Positions 24,756 to 36,099 of a stretch of 62,480 nt of DNA are shown piece after piece. The notes under the pieces are model-generated. The model was not told the origin of the DNA and did no database searches. It saw only the letters and a list, made by a program, of their open reading frames with translations. The DNA lies in the NCBI GenBank assembly GCA_000934665.2, contig JYFJ02000538.1:62001-124480 (forward strand). The letters run 5' to 3'. This DNA is from Catajapyx aquilonaris. Taxonomy: Eukaryota. Numbering within the stretch: the first letter of the stretch is position 1; each line of letters begins with the position of its first letter. A program made the translations under genes and the position numbers.

Positions 24756-27700
24756 TTATGCTGTAAAACAATAATTGTGGTCTGAAGGTTCAGCATTAAC
24801 ATTCAGTTTGCCTTCCTGACAGACAACTAATTCTTTGAGGACATTCTCTTTTGTATTTGGTTTCTGCATCCCTAAATCACGATGCTTATTCCTTGATTTC
24901 ACTGACTGGTAATGCGTTTTTTTATCTAGATGTGGACTTCTCTGCAGCCTTGCTTTCTTACTTGGGGGTTCCTCATTGGCTTCTCCTAACACAGGGATGT
25001 CTGAAGAAGAACTTGGAAATGCAATGGTCATGAGAGAATCTAGGCCCATCCTGATTTTGAGCAATGCTTCCAGAGGCTGTTCCTTCAAGGAACCAAGAAT
25101 CGCATTCATGTGCGACCTAATAAGGTAGTCCTCCTCTTCTTTCTCTTCCTGCTCGACCAATGGATGTAGATTTCTCTCCACGTCTACCTCGCAATCTGTG
25201 TCCAGGAAAGTAGAAAGCCATTTTTCTTTCTGTTGATGAAGACTCTTCCTTATGTTGTATATGGTCTTCTTTTTTATAATGTTCTTGACATTACGTATTC
25301 CCCTTTGGCAAGAAATTTTCTCTCTCATCTCATTCAGAATCCTCGTCAATGGCACACCTTGGTGAATTTTACCTGTAGAGGAAAATTAACAATAGATATT
25401 GGTGCGAATTGATGGATTATCACCTCTTGTGTGCATTAAAACTGCACTCTCTATTATTCCACATTAGGTTCTGGGCTATCTAATACGTTCTCTTTGACAA
25501 AAGGGCTAATCGCCCATGGCGAAATAAAATTATTGTTATTATTAATACCTTCTCTTGGATTTTTTAAATGCCCACACAAAGCATGAATAAATAAAGTGAA
25601 TGCTTTTAATATTTACTAATTAAGGCTTTTCTCATCCTGGTTGAGCCACATGGCCTGTTAGGACAGTAGAGTCACATATCAAGCATTATTCTTTCCAGTA
25701 TACTTACGAGCTATTTCTATGCGCTCTTGGGCTGACAGTCTCAAGTAGGCGAGGTTATTTTTGTGTCCAACATGTGTGCGATAATATTGCACAATAATTT
25801 TTCCATCTGAAAACTCCTTAATATCCATTGATGCAGGGCAGGTTCCTCCCATTTTGCATGAACCTTGGGACCTGATGCGCCTCTTCCCATGACTGTGACT
25901 TAAATATGCACCTGATCGATGACATGAATAACGGTATTTCTTGAAGTTTTTTTGAACTGCACAGCCTTTCGATTTTGAGAAAGATGCTAGAGATTTTACT
26001 TCCTCCTGGTCCTTCCACTTCTGGAACTCTGTAAAATATAGCAAAAACATCACTGACACTATTGTATAATGCACCTGTGCACAGAGTACCGAACATAAAA
26101 AAAGATCCTTAAAAATCCGGCAACACATTGTACTACCCATTTCTTACCTTCCACTGATGGGAACTCCAACGTATCCATCTCACAAGTCACTTTATGTGAG
26201 AATAAGAGGTGATTCCTTAGATCCACATTGGACGGAACAGGCAAGTTGCACCCATCCAATGGGCATTTAATAGCTGACATTTTACGAGCTGCTGGTGGAA
26301 CCAGATATCGCAAGTTCACATGGTTGCATGGATTATTACCACAATTAAATGGGCAGAGAGAAAGCTTCTTGACAAGATGTGCTGTGTTGCCTGGACCTGC
26401 ATTAGCTTCCCCTTCTCCTTCCACACACTCTGGAAAATGGTTTTTTTTTAAATTAAAATTTATTCAAGGCAAATTTTCTGTATATTATTGTTGCATTATG
26501 CTTGACAATCCTTTTTTGTCTGCCATTAATCAATTCATATCCTTTATTATAGATACTACGCATTTGTGTTTTCTGTACATCTGCTATCTCTCTCACAGCG
26601 CATGCTATATTCTTATGTGATTTGTCAAGTTTTATTCCACACTCTAACTACCTTACCGCTGGCTGGTGGTAATGATGATACTGGATTTGTGCTCATATTT
26701 GGTAGTGATTCCTTCACCATCTTGTGCTTCTCATGTATGTGCATGTTTAAGGTCTTGCGATAGCCATATATCTTCCCACAAACAGGGCATGTCCATCTGG
26801 CAGAGGGTACAGCTTTTCCTACGCTGGTAGCAATATTCCCCTCTCCCCCTAGAAGCTCTGTGAAAAAGCTTAAATTGTCCATTTGGCCCATGCCCATACT
26901 TGGTGGCACTTCCCCTATGACCCTGTGCTTCATAGCCACATGCTTGTTTAAGGCTTTCTTACAGCCATAATTCCTCCCACAAACAGAGCATGTCATAAGG
27001 ACAGGAGGTGCAGGTTCATTCCTGTGGGTTTCACTCTTCTCTCTTTCGAGATCCTCTGGAGGGGAAAAAATTAAATTAATATCATGAGATGTTCAAATAA
27101 TAAATTAGGCCTACCCTATGACCCATGCTTACTTGTTGGTGGGGTTGGTTGTGAATGGACATTTAGCATACTTCTTGCTGGTAGTATCGGTCTAAACTGT
27201 GGGGTGCTTGCCATTTTCACTGCTTTGACCATCAACTTGTGTGACGTAGACATGTAGTGGCTGGTTAAAGTGTTTGGACCATTAAAAGTCTTATCGCAAA
27301 TGTCACAATTGTAAGTATTTTTCGCACCCAGTGTTGCATTGCCAGTGCTGGGTACAACTGGATTTGCCACCATCAAAACTGCTGGAAAAGCTACCCGAAA
27401 AATGCATCAAATTAAACTTTTCTATAATCAGCCTGCAATCCATGCTCTTACATTGAAGCACAGGAACAATCGCCAGCAGTTGGTCGGCTCCCACTTGTTG
27501 AGGCGTCTCCAGCTCTATCCCATGAACTTTGGTCAGGTGATAGCTTCGGCTGTGGTTAGAACAAAACATCCTTTTGCATATCGGGCAGCAGAACTGCTCC
27601 TTAGGTCTTGGTAACTTGCTAGAATCATCTTTCCCCTCTCCGTCTGCAGGAAGAATAACAACCTATCTAACTACCTCAATGCTGCAAGACACATGCAGTT

Positions 27701-27784
27701 CTTCTACTCACCAGGACGCTGCCCTGGTTCTGTTTCTGCCTCTAGAGTCACCTCCACAGCTACCTCTTGCTCTATTGCTTCCAT
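24756..27784 (-). CDS. Multi-C2H2 zinc-finger protein with a MULE-transposase-type WRKY/GCM1-like DNA-binding domain (about 713 aa)
   Basis: Exons 27712-27784, 27452-27643, 27133-27390, 26657-27055, 26148-26429, 25708-26028 and 24756-25372 are all GT-AG, all phase 1 and open. Five C2H2-type fingers are followed by F-x-x-WK..EE, YSCHRSG...SCKMGGTCPA...YRTHVGH. Confidence 0.85.
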
Positions 27785-28340
27785 AATGAGTGCGGTAGCA
27801 GAAGAAACTAGCAGTGCATGGTTGTGCCTGGTTTAAACTCTGGTTTAAACTCTTGAACAGTTGAACTTGAATGCACCAGGGCGCCCTCACGTTTGGTGGT
27901 TAATTACTGTCAGAGATTGCAGGAATTATGTGAAACTGAGCCGTGTATACAGTACTGACAAGTCATGAAAACAAATTGAACATGCTGTCACATACTACTT
28001 GCATGCAGGTACTTCATTGAAGTCAACCTGTCCTCTCATTTTCGCCGTATATCGCCCGTACTTAAACTACCAGCCGGCAGATGGAGTCGCTGTTCCACAT
28101 TTATTCTTATGGCGCCTTTTTTTTATTGGAGCGCCGCAGTCATCGGCGGAGAGAGGGAGAAGTATCGGAGGGAGCCTGAACGACAGGTCCTAGTCTCTCT
28201 ACCGCTCTCTACCAAATGTCTCTACTCTCTCTCCCCAAACCCGCACCACTCTTGCCCGCACTGCCTTCCCAGCTGCTCCTCGTGTTCCCCACTCCTGTGC
28301 CCTTTTCCGCCACTTTCTGCCTTTCCAGAGCAGCCTAACC

Positions 28341-28625
28341 ATGGCCCAGGCGGCAGCGGCAGTGGTGAAGAAGACCCGAGGCCGAAACTTCAGGGCAAAG
28401 AAGCTGTGGCCAACCATATGAAATGAGAGGCGGAGAAGAGGTTGGAAGTAGAATTGAATTCATCATCAACCATCAAGAGGATCTGGAAGCAACTCTGGTT
28501 CGCTTATGAAAGCCTGAAGAAGAAGGCTAAGAAGCTGGCCACTGTAGTAGATAAGCAGAAGATGTATAAAACTGGTGGCGGTGCCTTCTGCAAGGCCACC
28601 TGCAGTGTAGGGGGGGTCCGGACCT
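28341..28625 (+). pseudogene. Decayed Myb/SANT-like (PIF/Harbinger DNA-binding ORF, MSANTD-like) fragment
   Basis: MAQAAAAVVKKTRGRNF, then a frameshift into KEAVANHMK*EAEKRLEVELNSSSTIKRIWKQLWFAYESLKKKAKK...KMYKTGGG. RxxNF and KTGGG are typical of this family. Confidence 0.7.
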
Positions 28626-29834
28626 TCAGTGACCTCGGAAAGGTAAATCCTGGACCTTCTGGACCTTGTTATAAACTAGTTGAATAACCCTGCCTTAATA
28701 ATATTTGATGAAGATACGACTCGTAAATACTGTAGACAGTTTCTAGCACCTTCTGTGCCCATTTCAATTGCCCCTCCTCCCCCCAAATCAACTTTCAACT
28801 TTCAAGCCCATGTTTTCACTACTGTGATTTTTACATACCTCTCTCTCCCCCCNCCCCCCCCCCCGTGCCCTTCCCCTTTTTATTTAATATAATGAAGGGT
28901 AATTTCCTGTAAAGGTTTGTCATTGTACACTGCAAAATACATGCTGGAAGAGATCCCTTCCCTTTCCTCACACCTTTTCCCCTCCATCCCCGATTTTTAA
29001 ATTTCTGGAAATGGGGTTACAAAATCTCGTGTTGCGCATCTTGAGTGGTAACTTTGCATATGCCATTGGTGTTAAATACATGTCATTGACCACTTATGAT
29101 TAATTGGGAAACGTCTTGAGGCTGTTGATGTTACAATACTTTTTAATGCGTGGCCTCACTGTGCTTCTTTTAAAGTACTGTAACCACTATAAGCAGAATT
29201 ATGAGTGAAAATATAAATGCCCATAATTTTGTTTGATGATTGCAGGAAGAAATTCACTTGTGAAGTTGTGATAACATAACTTCGGTCATGCTTTTGTAGT
29301 AAGTGTAAATTAGTGCATTTTGTTGTATGTTTTTTTCCTGTAAATTCACAATAAATTAAATGGCAGGTTCGAAAAGGCATTTAATGATATATACAAGATC
29401 TTATTCTGTGTTGTTATGATTACAAGAACAATGAGAAGTCATTTTTTTTCTTCTTTTCAGTGACAACTCGTGCATGCTCAGTGATAAATTACACAAATAT
29501 AAAATGTTATGTGCAGCCCAAAAGTCAGCTTGATGGTCATTGCTTCTGCAAATATGGATTTGTGATTTCTTTTGGCATGCTTGCTGTGCTATGTAGGTAA
29601 TAGCCATATTGCAGCATTACCTGGCTTGAATAAACTTTAAAAGTAGTAATACCGCACTGGTTATGCAAAGATAAGTTTCAATATGCAATATCTTCGGTGA
29701 GTAATGGTCCATCTGATTCCCATCATTGAAAATATGTACACAAATGCACAAGATAATTAAAAATAATGGTAGCTTACAGTTTTTTTCATTGTAAGTTTAT
29801 GACTAGGTGACTTAGGTGAAGTCAATACCACCAT

Positions 29835-32800
29835 TCAGCAATGAAGAAAGTCACCAGAGAGGCCAAAAGGAGACTCTTCACTCTCTACCCTAGCCAAATA
29901 GACTCGAGGAACACGCCCCACTTGACCCCTCTTTCGGGCAGTCCACCAACTGTCTCCTTCTTGGCGAGCAGTCACAGTCACCTTCTCTCCCCGATTCAGA
30001 CACAGCTGTCCAGGGGCCAGCCCCACAAATGACCAACGAGCTACGTAGAGTCCATCAGATTGTGACAGCATCTCATCTTCTTCATCTGTAATGTCAAAAA
30101 TACCTGTTGTATAACGCACTCTGCTTCAATCATGTCACGTGTAACATTTCTAACAAATAACTATCTGCAGGTCACACTCCCTCATACCTTTGGTGGTAAA
30201 AGCCATGCATCCATCCTGCATGCAAGACTGGAGATTTAAGCCCTACCATCCACCCAGTTGTTTTCATCCACTGATTCGTACATTTCTTCTGCTTCGTCCT
30301 CCACTTTTTTGAGGGAATGTGACCTAACTGGTGGTAGTGGTCGAGGTGGATGTGGTGGTGGTGGTAACGCTGCTGCTTGTCTGTTTGTGTCCATTCTTGC
30401 AGGCAATGATGGTGGGGGTGTTTTCAAAGGTGGAGGCACAGAGTAGTTGGATGGAGGATTGGTTGCTGGTGATTTGCCTTTGTTCATTTGTTGAATGTGT
30501 TTGATGAGACCTTGGACAAGTGTTCCCTGTGCACTGGCACTGTGGAGGAAGCTGTTTCGCTTGGGCTGATCTGCCTGCTCCTGAAATGAACGCAAGTGCA
30601 GAGTGAGCTAATGGATAGATTAACATCAATCATTGTCTTTAAATAAAAACAACAACAAATGTGATGATAATGGACAAATCTGTATGAACTGTTAAAATAT
30701 GGGTCATTATTTTCATATTCCTTTTAAATTTCTTAACATTACTGAGAATTGTTTTTGCTTGTTGCATCACTGTTTCTACCTCTTTAAATGATATAATTGC
30801 AAGATGGTATGTTATGCACCGGAAATGATAAATTGACTTACGTCATCACTATTGTGGAACCCCCTAAAAATGCGTTCTTTGGAAAATGGTGGTGGAACAT
30901 CGTAGTTGACTGGTGCTGATTTTTTCCCATTGGTGGCAGCCGCATCATCGTACACATCGTCATTTGAATTTTCAGTGGTGAAGCATGTGTCGTCATACAA
31001 TTCCTCATTGTCCACTTCATCTGCAGGTTTTTCTTCTACATCATTGTATAATACTTCCTCTTCAGTAACTGTTGCTAGTGTTCCATCTGCGTCGTTATAA
31101 AACTCTTCTGGTTCAGCATGAGTTTCTCCAGCTTGTCCATCCACATCATTATAAAAGTCTTCCCCATCCTGACTATTGAATACTATGGCATCGTCATAAA
31201 TATCCTCTTCGTCAGGTCCTGCCTCCTGACCTTCTGCGTCATTGTATATTCCTTGAGGAGCATTTTCGGGATCTTCGTATATAAGTTGTTCCTCCTCCTC
31301 TGAAACATGGTTCGCATACGAACCGCAAGCATTGGTTGCCTTAATGGTAGTCTCGACGTCGTTGTAAAAGTCCGAAGGAGGCGGATGTACCGGTCTGAGA
31401 GGCGGAAGAGGTGGCGGTTCATCCCGAGGACGAAGTGGAGGAATAAGTGCTGGGGCCACTGGCGACGTTGGGGATTCAGGATCGTTATAAATATCTTCCT
31501 CCACTTCTGGGGACATAGATTCATACGGTCCTGGTTGTTCGGTTGTCGACGGCGGAGGACGTGGTGGTGGAGGTGGTGACGGCGTCGCGCTTTTGGCAGA
31601 CCGTGGCGGCGGCTGAAGAGTTATTGTTGACGGTGGTGGTGGAGGAGGCCACGAAGATCCTGAGGACCCTGCGTCGTCATACGTCTCCTCTGGGGTTTCC
31701 GGCTGAAGATGTGGATGGCTTGCGACTTTTGTGGCCGCCGTCTCGATGGCGCTCATCCACTGCTCCTTGTCTTTGCGTGTGCGTGCTACAAACTGCAACG
31801 ATTATTAAGTAAGCTTTACAACAGTCATTTGGGCGTGTAAAAGAGCGTGACCGCCGAGGGAAGTGCATTCACCTGATAGCTAGGCTTCCCCGGGCAGACA
31901 ATCTCAAATGCCATGTCGAGCTTCTTCGAATCTTTGACCTCTTCTGGGGCAGGACGAGCCTCGTATCCTGTGAGGTCAATCGACTTTTGGGGCTTGGGAT
32001 CCCTGGAAAAGCGACAATAACAATGAGTAACTGTTCACAAATTCCTATATGCTCGTACTGCAGGAAATATATAATCCAGTTAGTGACATTTTGGTATGTG
32101 GAGTATCATCAACATGTACAAAATTTAAAAATAGGTCAAAACGACTTCCGAGCGACAAACCACAGTGACTCACCTGTCTTTGCCATAGAGATGGAGGAAT
32201 GTCCCCCGAAGTCCTCCCCAGCATTTCCGGAACTTAAATGGAAATATCCTAGGAGTCTTCCTTTCCAGGGGACCACATTTGGCACCGCTCGACGCCAGCT
32301 CCTTAGCCCCTGGCACACCCAGGCTGTCAACCAGCAGGGTGTCCTCGGAGTTGTTCCGATGCAGCGAATCTCTTTCGTCGGCGTCGATTTCGCTCGGAGG
32401 CGCGGACTTTCCAGAAAAGGGAACAAACCTCATGGTTTTTGGGAGGTCGCAGATATTAGCCGGAACACTCTCGATGCCGTCGCCTTCGAAGGGCTCGTAC
32501 AAGTACTGTTCCTCTTCAGCTTGCTTGTTGTTGATATATGGAGGCGGAAGAGGTGGAGGATTCGGTGGAGGACGAATGTCCACAGGCGATATCACAACCT
32601 GTTGCATATCAACGTATGGTTGTCCACCAACATCTCTGGCCAGGGCTGAAGACAACTGTTGCAGGAGACGGTCTCGACGCTTCAGTGTCGCCTCTGACAA
32701 CTTCTCGGTGGCCAAGGTCTCCGATAAAAATTTCTGGACATCTGTGAAGAGTACACTGCCTATATACAGGGTGTTACGTAATAATACCAACAATGATGAT

Positions 32801-34829
32801 ATAGGTCACTTTTCTATACCCCCTAGTCCATAGCATTTGGAACACCCTGTACGTAGACATGCTAGACCAACAACCCCATGAAGCCGACAAGGGACGGGCT
32901 GTTACGTGAGTCATTTGTTAAAGGTCGCTAATCATGCTTTTTTATTATCCTGAGGTCACCACCTCGTGGGCATGGTTCAACTGGCGCAATTGCTGGGATC
33001 CAGGCTGTTGCTGGCACCTACTCACAACTTGTTGTGTTTGTCTAGTTGACAGTCCTACAGCCTACATAAGACGCAAGGCAAATAAGGAACTGAAAATATT
33101 GTGCACAATGAGTGACCCTGGATAATCCCTTACTCGTGTCTAAATGTTACTAATATATATTTTAAAAGCTCATGCAAGGAGCCTATAAGGTGGAAATGGT
33201 AATCTGTTATAGTGCCCTTGGCCTTCAGTTTTCGCAAAATGCTATCGGCGTCTCTCATAAATATTTCTCACACAATAGATTCAGACTCAGGGCTATGAAT
33301 GGGTATAGACGAGACCTTGACGTATAGAGGTGAAGAGTGATATTTGGTCTGAAACCTGTCTAACCCGGCTAATCGCTACAGTTCATATGTGCCTCTAACA
33401 TCACGAATAACAATAAGGGTTAACCACTCCATTGTCAAAAAGTATACACCAGGACTTGCGGGGGTTCGCGACATAATTGCCTCGTAAATAACGATAAATG
33501 GAACAATAACCCATAAGTTTTAGCGGGAGATGGCCGGGTTTATGCAAATTAGGGAAAATATCTGATTAAGTGTATTTACAATACATAACCAAATATTTTC
33601 TCTTATTAATTTGCATTCAATTATATACTCCTCACTGTGCATTTCAGTTGTCTGAAAACCGATGGACATAATAAAATCAAAATTCTATTAAGTTTCCAGC
33701 CATAAAACTGTCCGGATGAAATAAGGAAGTCATTACATTCCCTGAGACAAATCCTTCGCGATCTTTCAATTTTCCAGTGATTAAGTTCTCCCACTGTGTT
33801 TTCACACTCGTTTTCCGGATCGCCGAGCAAGAGTTATAAATCATATAGCAAAACAATGCCCATGAACCAACTCCCTAATGTTGTCCGATGTCTTCGCCAA
33901 ACAAAATAATAATAAAAAATTCAACCAGTATATGCAAGTGAGAGTGGAAAAAAGAATCCGAGAGTTTGTAGCCAGCAATAAGACGTCCGGTGGCATCGTC
34001 TGTGGCGGAAACGACTTATCAACGTTAATGAGGAAGTGGCCAAGGGGATGTTAAGGGAATGGAAAATAAACCCACAGTTTGCTGGGCGGTTCCTGCACTT
34101 TTCTGCAACTATGGTGACTCAGCTCTCTTGTCGCATGATTTGTCGCTTGCTTTCTATAGCTATTTTTCAAGGAGAAAGGAAAAGAGCTTACCGCTACTTG
34201 ATTATACTCTCTGTGATTTCCCCACTGGTAATCAACAGATAGTCTATTAATATTATTCCACTATGGTCCGCTGTTTCCTTTTGAATTTACATAATATCAG
34301 AAGTTGACTAACTTGCAAGATTAAGGCGCATACAATACCAGCAGTGATACGATAACGACCGTAAATTTTGCAGTACCCAGCACGACCCAGCACGTACACT
34401 AACGAATTTTTGAAATACCGCAAATGTGGTTGACCACAAAAAAAAAAATACTGATAAAACTCCTCAGTTGCTGTACAGGGCATTGAAATCAAACGGTAAA
34501 TCCGACTGAAAATCCGGTTTTACCAATCGCCTTTCACCCCTCTCAATTTCCTTTTCTGTCTTTTGCGAGACCTCGACATCAATCAAATTATTGCCCTCTT
34601 GTCTTCCAGTTTAACCTGTCGATGGCCGTCCTTCGCTTATAAAAAAGGTGACGTCACATCCCTCATTTCGTAGTCAAAAAATTCAGTAAGTCAAATTTAG
34701 TTGGCTGAGTGCCTCGGAATTTCGCTCCAGGAGGTACAGTACCTCCAGAATTAAACCATTGGTGGACACGTGCACTGTACCTTGAAGCACTTGTCGCAAT
34801 TCGGGTGCGTCCTGCTTGGTTAGTGTCAT
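29835..34829 (-). CDS. SKAP2: SKAP1/SKAP2-like adaptor: N-terminal dimerisation helices, PH domain, long Pro/Tyr-acidic linker, C-terminal SH3 (about 760 aa)
   Basis: Exons 34781-34829, 32174-32741, 31873-32002, 30842-31792, 30247-30580 and 29835-30085 (alternative acceptor 30103). PELRQVLQDVQKFLSETLATEKLSEATLKRRDRLL resembles the SKAP dimerisation domain. PH: KCGPLERK...FEIVCPGKPSYQFVARTRKDKEQWM. SH3: YVARWSF...WWTARKRGQVGRVPRVYL. Confidence 0.8.
32767..32849. mobile_element. 83-bp Tc1/mariner-type mini-MITE
   Basis: TA|CAGGGTGTT ... AACACCCTG|TA, about 25 bp upstream of the SKAP exon-2 acceptor. Confidence 0.65.
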
Positions 34830-36099
34830 GATGTAAGTAGCGGCTCACACACACTGAGGAGATGATGATGATGACCCGACAGCTAAGTTAGTGTCCTTTT
34901 GCTCCTGCCCAGTCGGGCCTCGGGACTCGGACTGCTTGATTATTTCGAGCGCCTTGGCTTCTTTCCCACTTCGTAGATTGCTGAAGAGGCTGGCAGGGGG
35001 CAGGGCTGGTTAAGATGGATATGAGGAGGCGGGATTTTCTAGTGGTAGTCAAAAATGCCAAAGTGAACATTTATAGACATGGTCATGGACGGTGATTGAA
35101 ATATGCCCAGTGCCATGCCATATGTCATGCAATGCCATATGTTGTGATAAGCACTGGGTCAAAGACAAGTGTCACAGGCTGTATTGTGTGATAGTGTTAG
35201 AGCGAGGGTGATTTCGTAACATCCTGAATCAAACGGCACATTTTCAGCTGGTATATTTGTCACACTGTTATATCCAGTTGCATGTTTAATGACTGCACAA
35301 ATTAAAGCTGGCTGGGTATTTTACTTTAGTCCACTGCATCTGGAATTTTCTATATGGACACATATTGCATGCAGTTCTACTGACAGCGAGTAGGAACCGT
35401 CCTTTTCTTAGAAGTAGTTAATTTTCACTCGAGAGATCAGACCATGAAAATTGTAAGAAAAACTGCAACACAACTACACACTATGGCATGCCTAATTCAC
35501 CTGTTGCAGCATTACCTATCCCTCAACTCTCCACACACCCACATTCACAAGCTGCCAAAGGAGACCATCCTAAGCACACACGGGAGGATAACGAGGGATA
35601 AAGGACTAGGAATTTCTTCCATTTGTATTATTTCTCAAGTCTATGATATTCAGAAGAGACTTTGGAGATATCCCACGGAGACCACATCCCAGACTGAAAT
35701 CGACCCTGGCAATTACCTTGTAACCCTCTGGCTGCTCTCACTTTTCTTTACAACCCAGTCAACATTCTCATTACATTCCTCCACCCTTACAGTGACAAAT
35801 TATACTGATAATAACTGCTCCATGAACATAAAGAATGATAGTGCAGATCAGGTCACCACCAACCGCCCAGTGCAGGGTATCTGAAAAACTATTAAACTCA
35901 TACTTGACTGGTTGGAATGTCAACTAGTCATAAAAAAGGAAGAAAGACCAGTAGGAAAGATTGCAATCACTAGCAGTTGATAAGAAATGTGTCGTTGCAT
36001 TTATTGCTACATGATAATTGTAAGATTGTACTGTACGTATATATTTAATTATATATATTTATATAAATGTATGTAAAAAGAATGACAAGGAATGACGTG

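Noticed and set aside
31987..32833. Long plus-strand ORFs (220 and 184 aa)
   Set aside because: These are antisense shadows of SKAP-like exons with no recognisable domains. The same applies to antisense ORFs over UBA1, PSMD2 and USP15.
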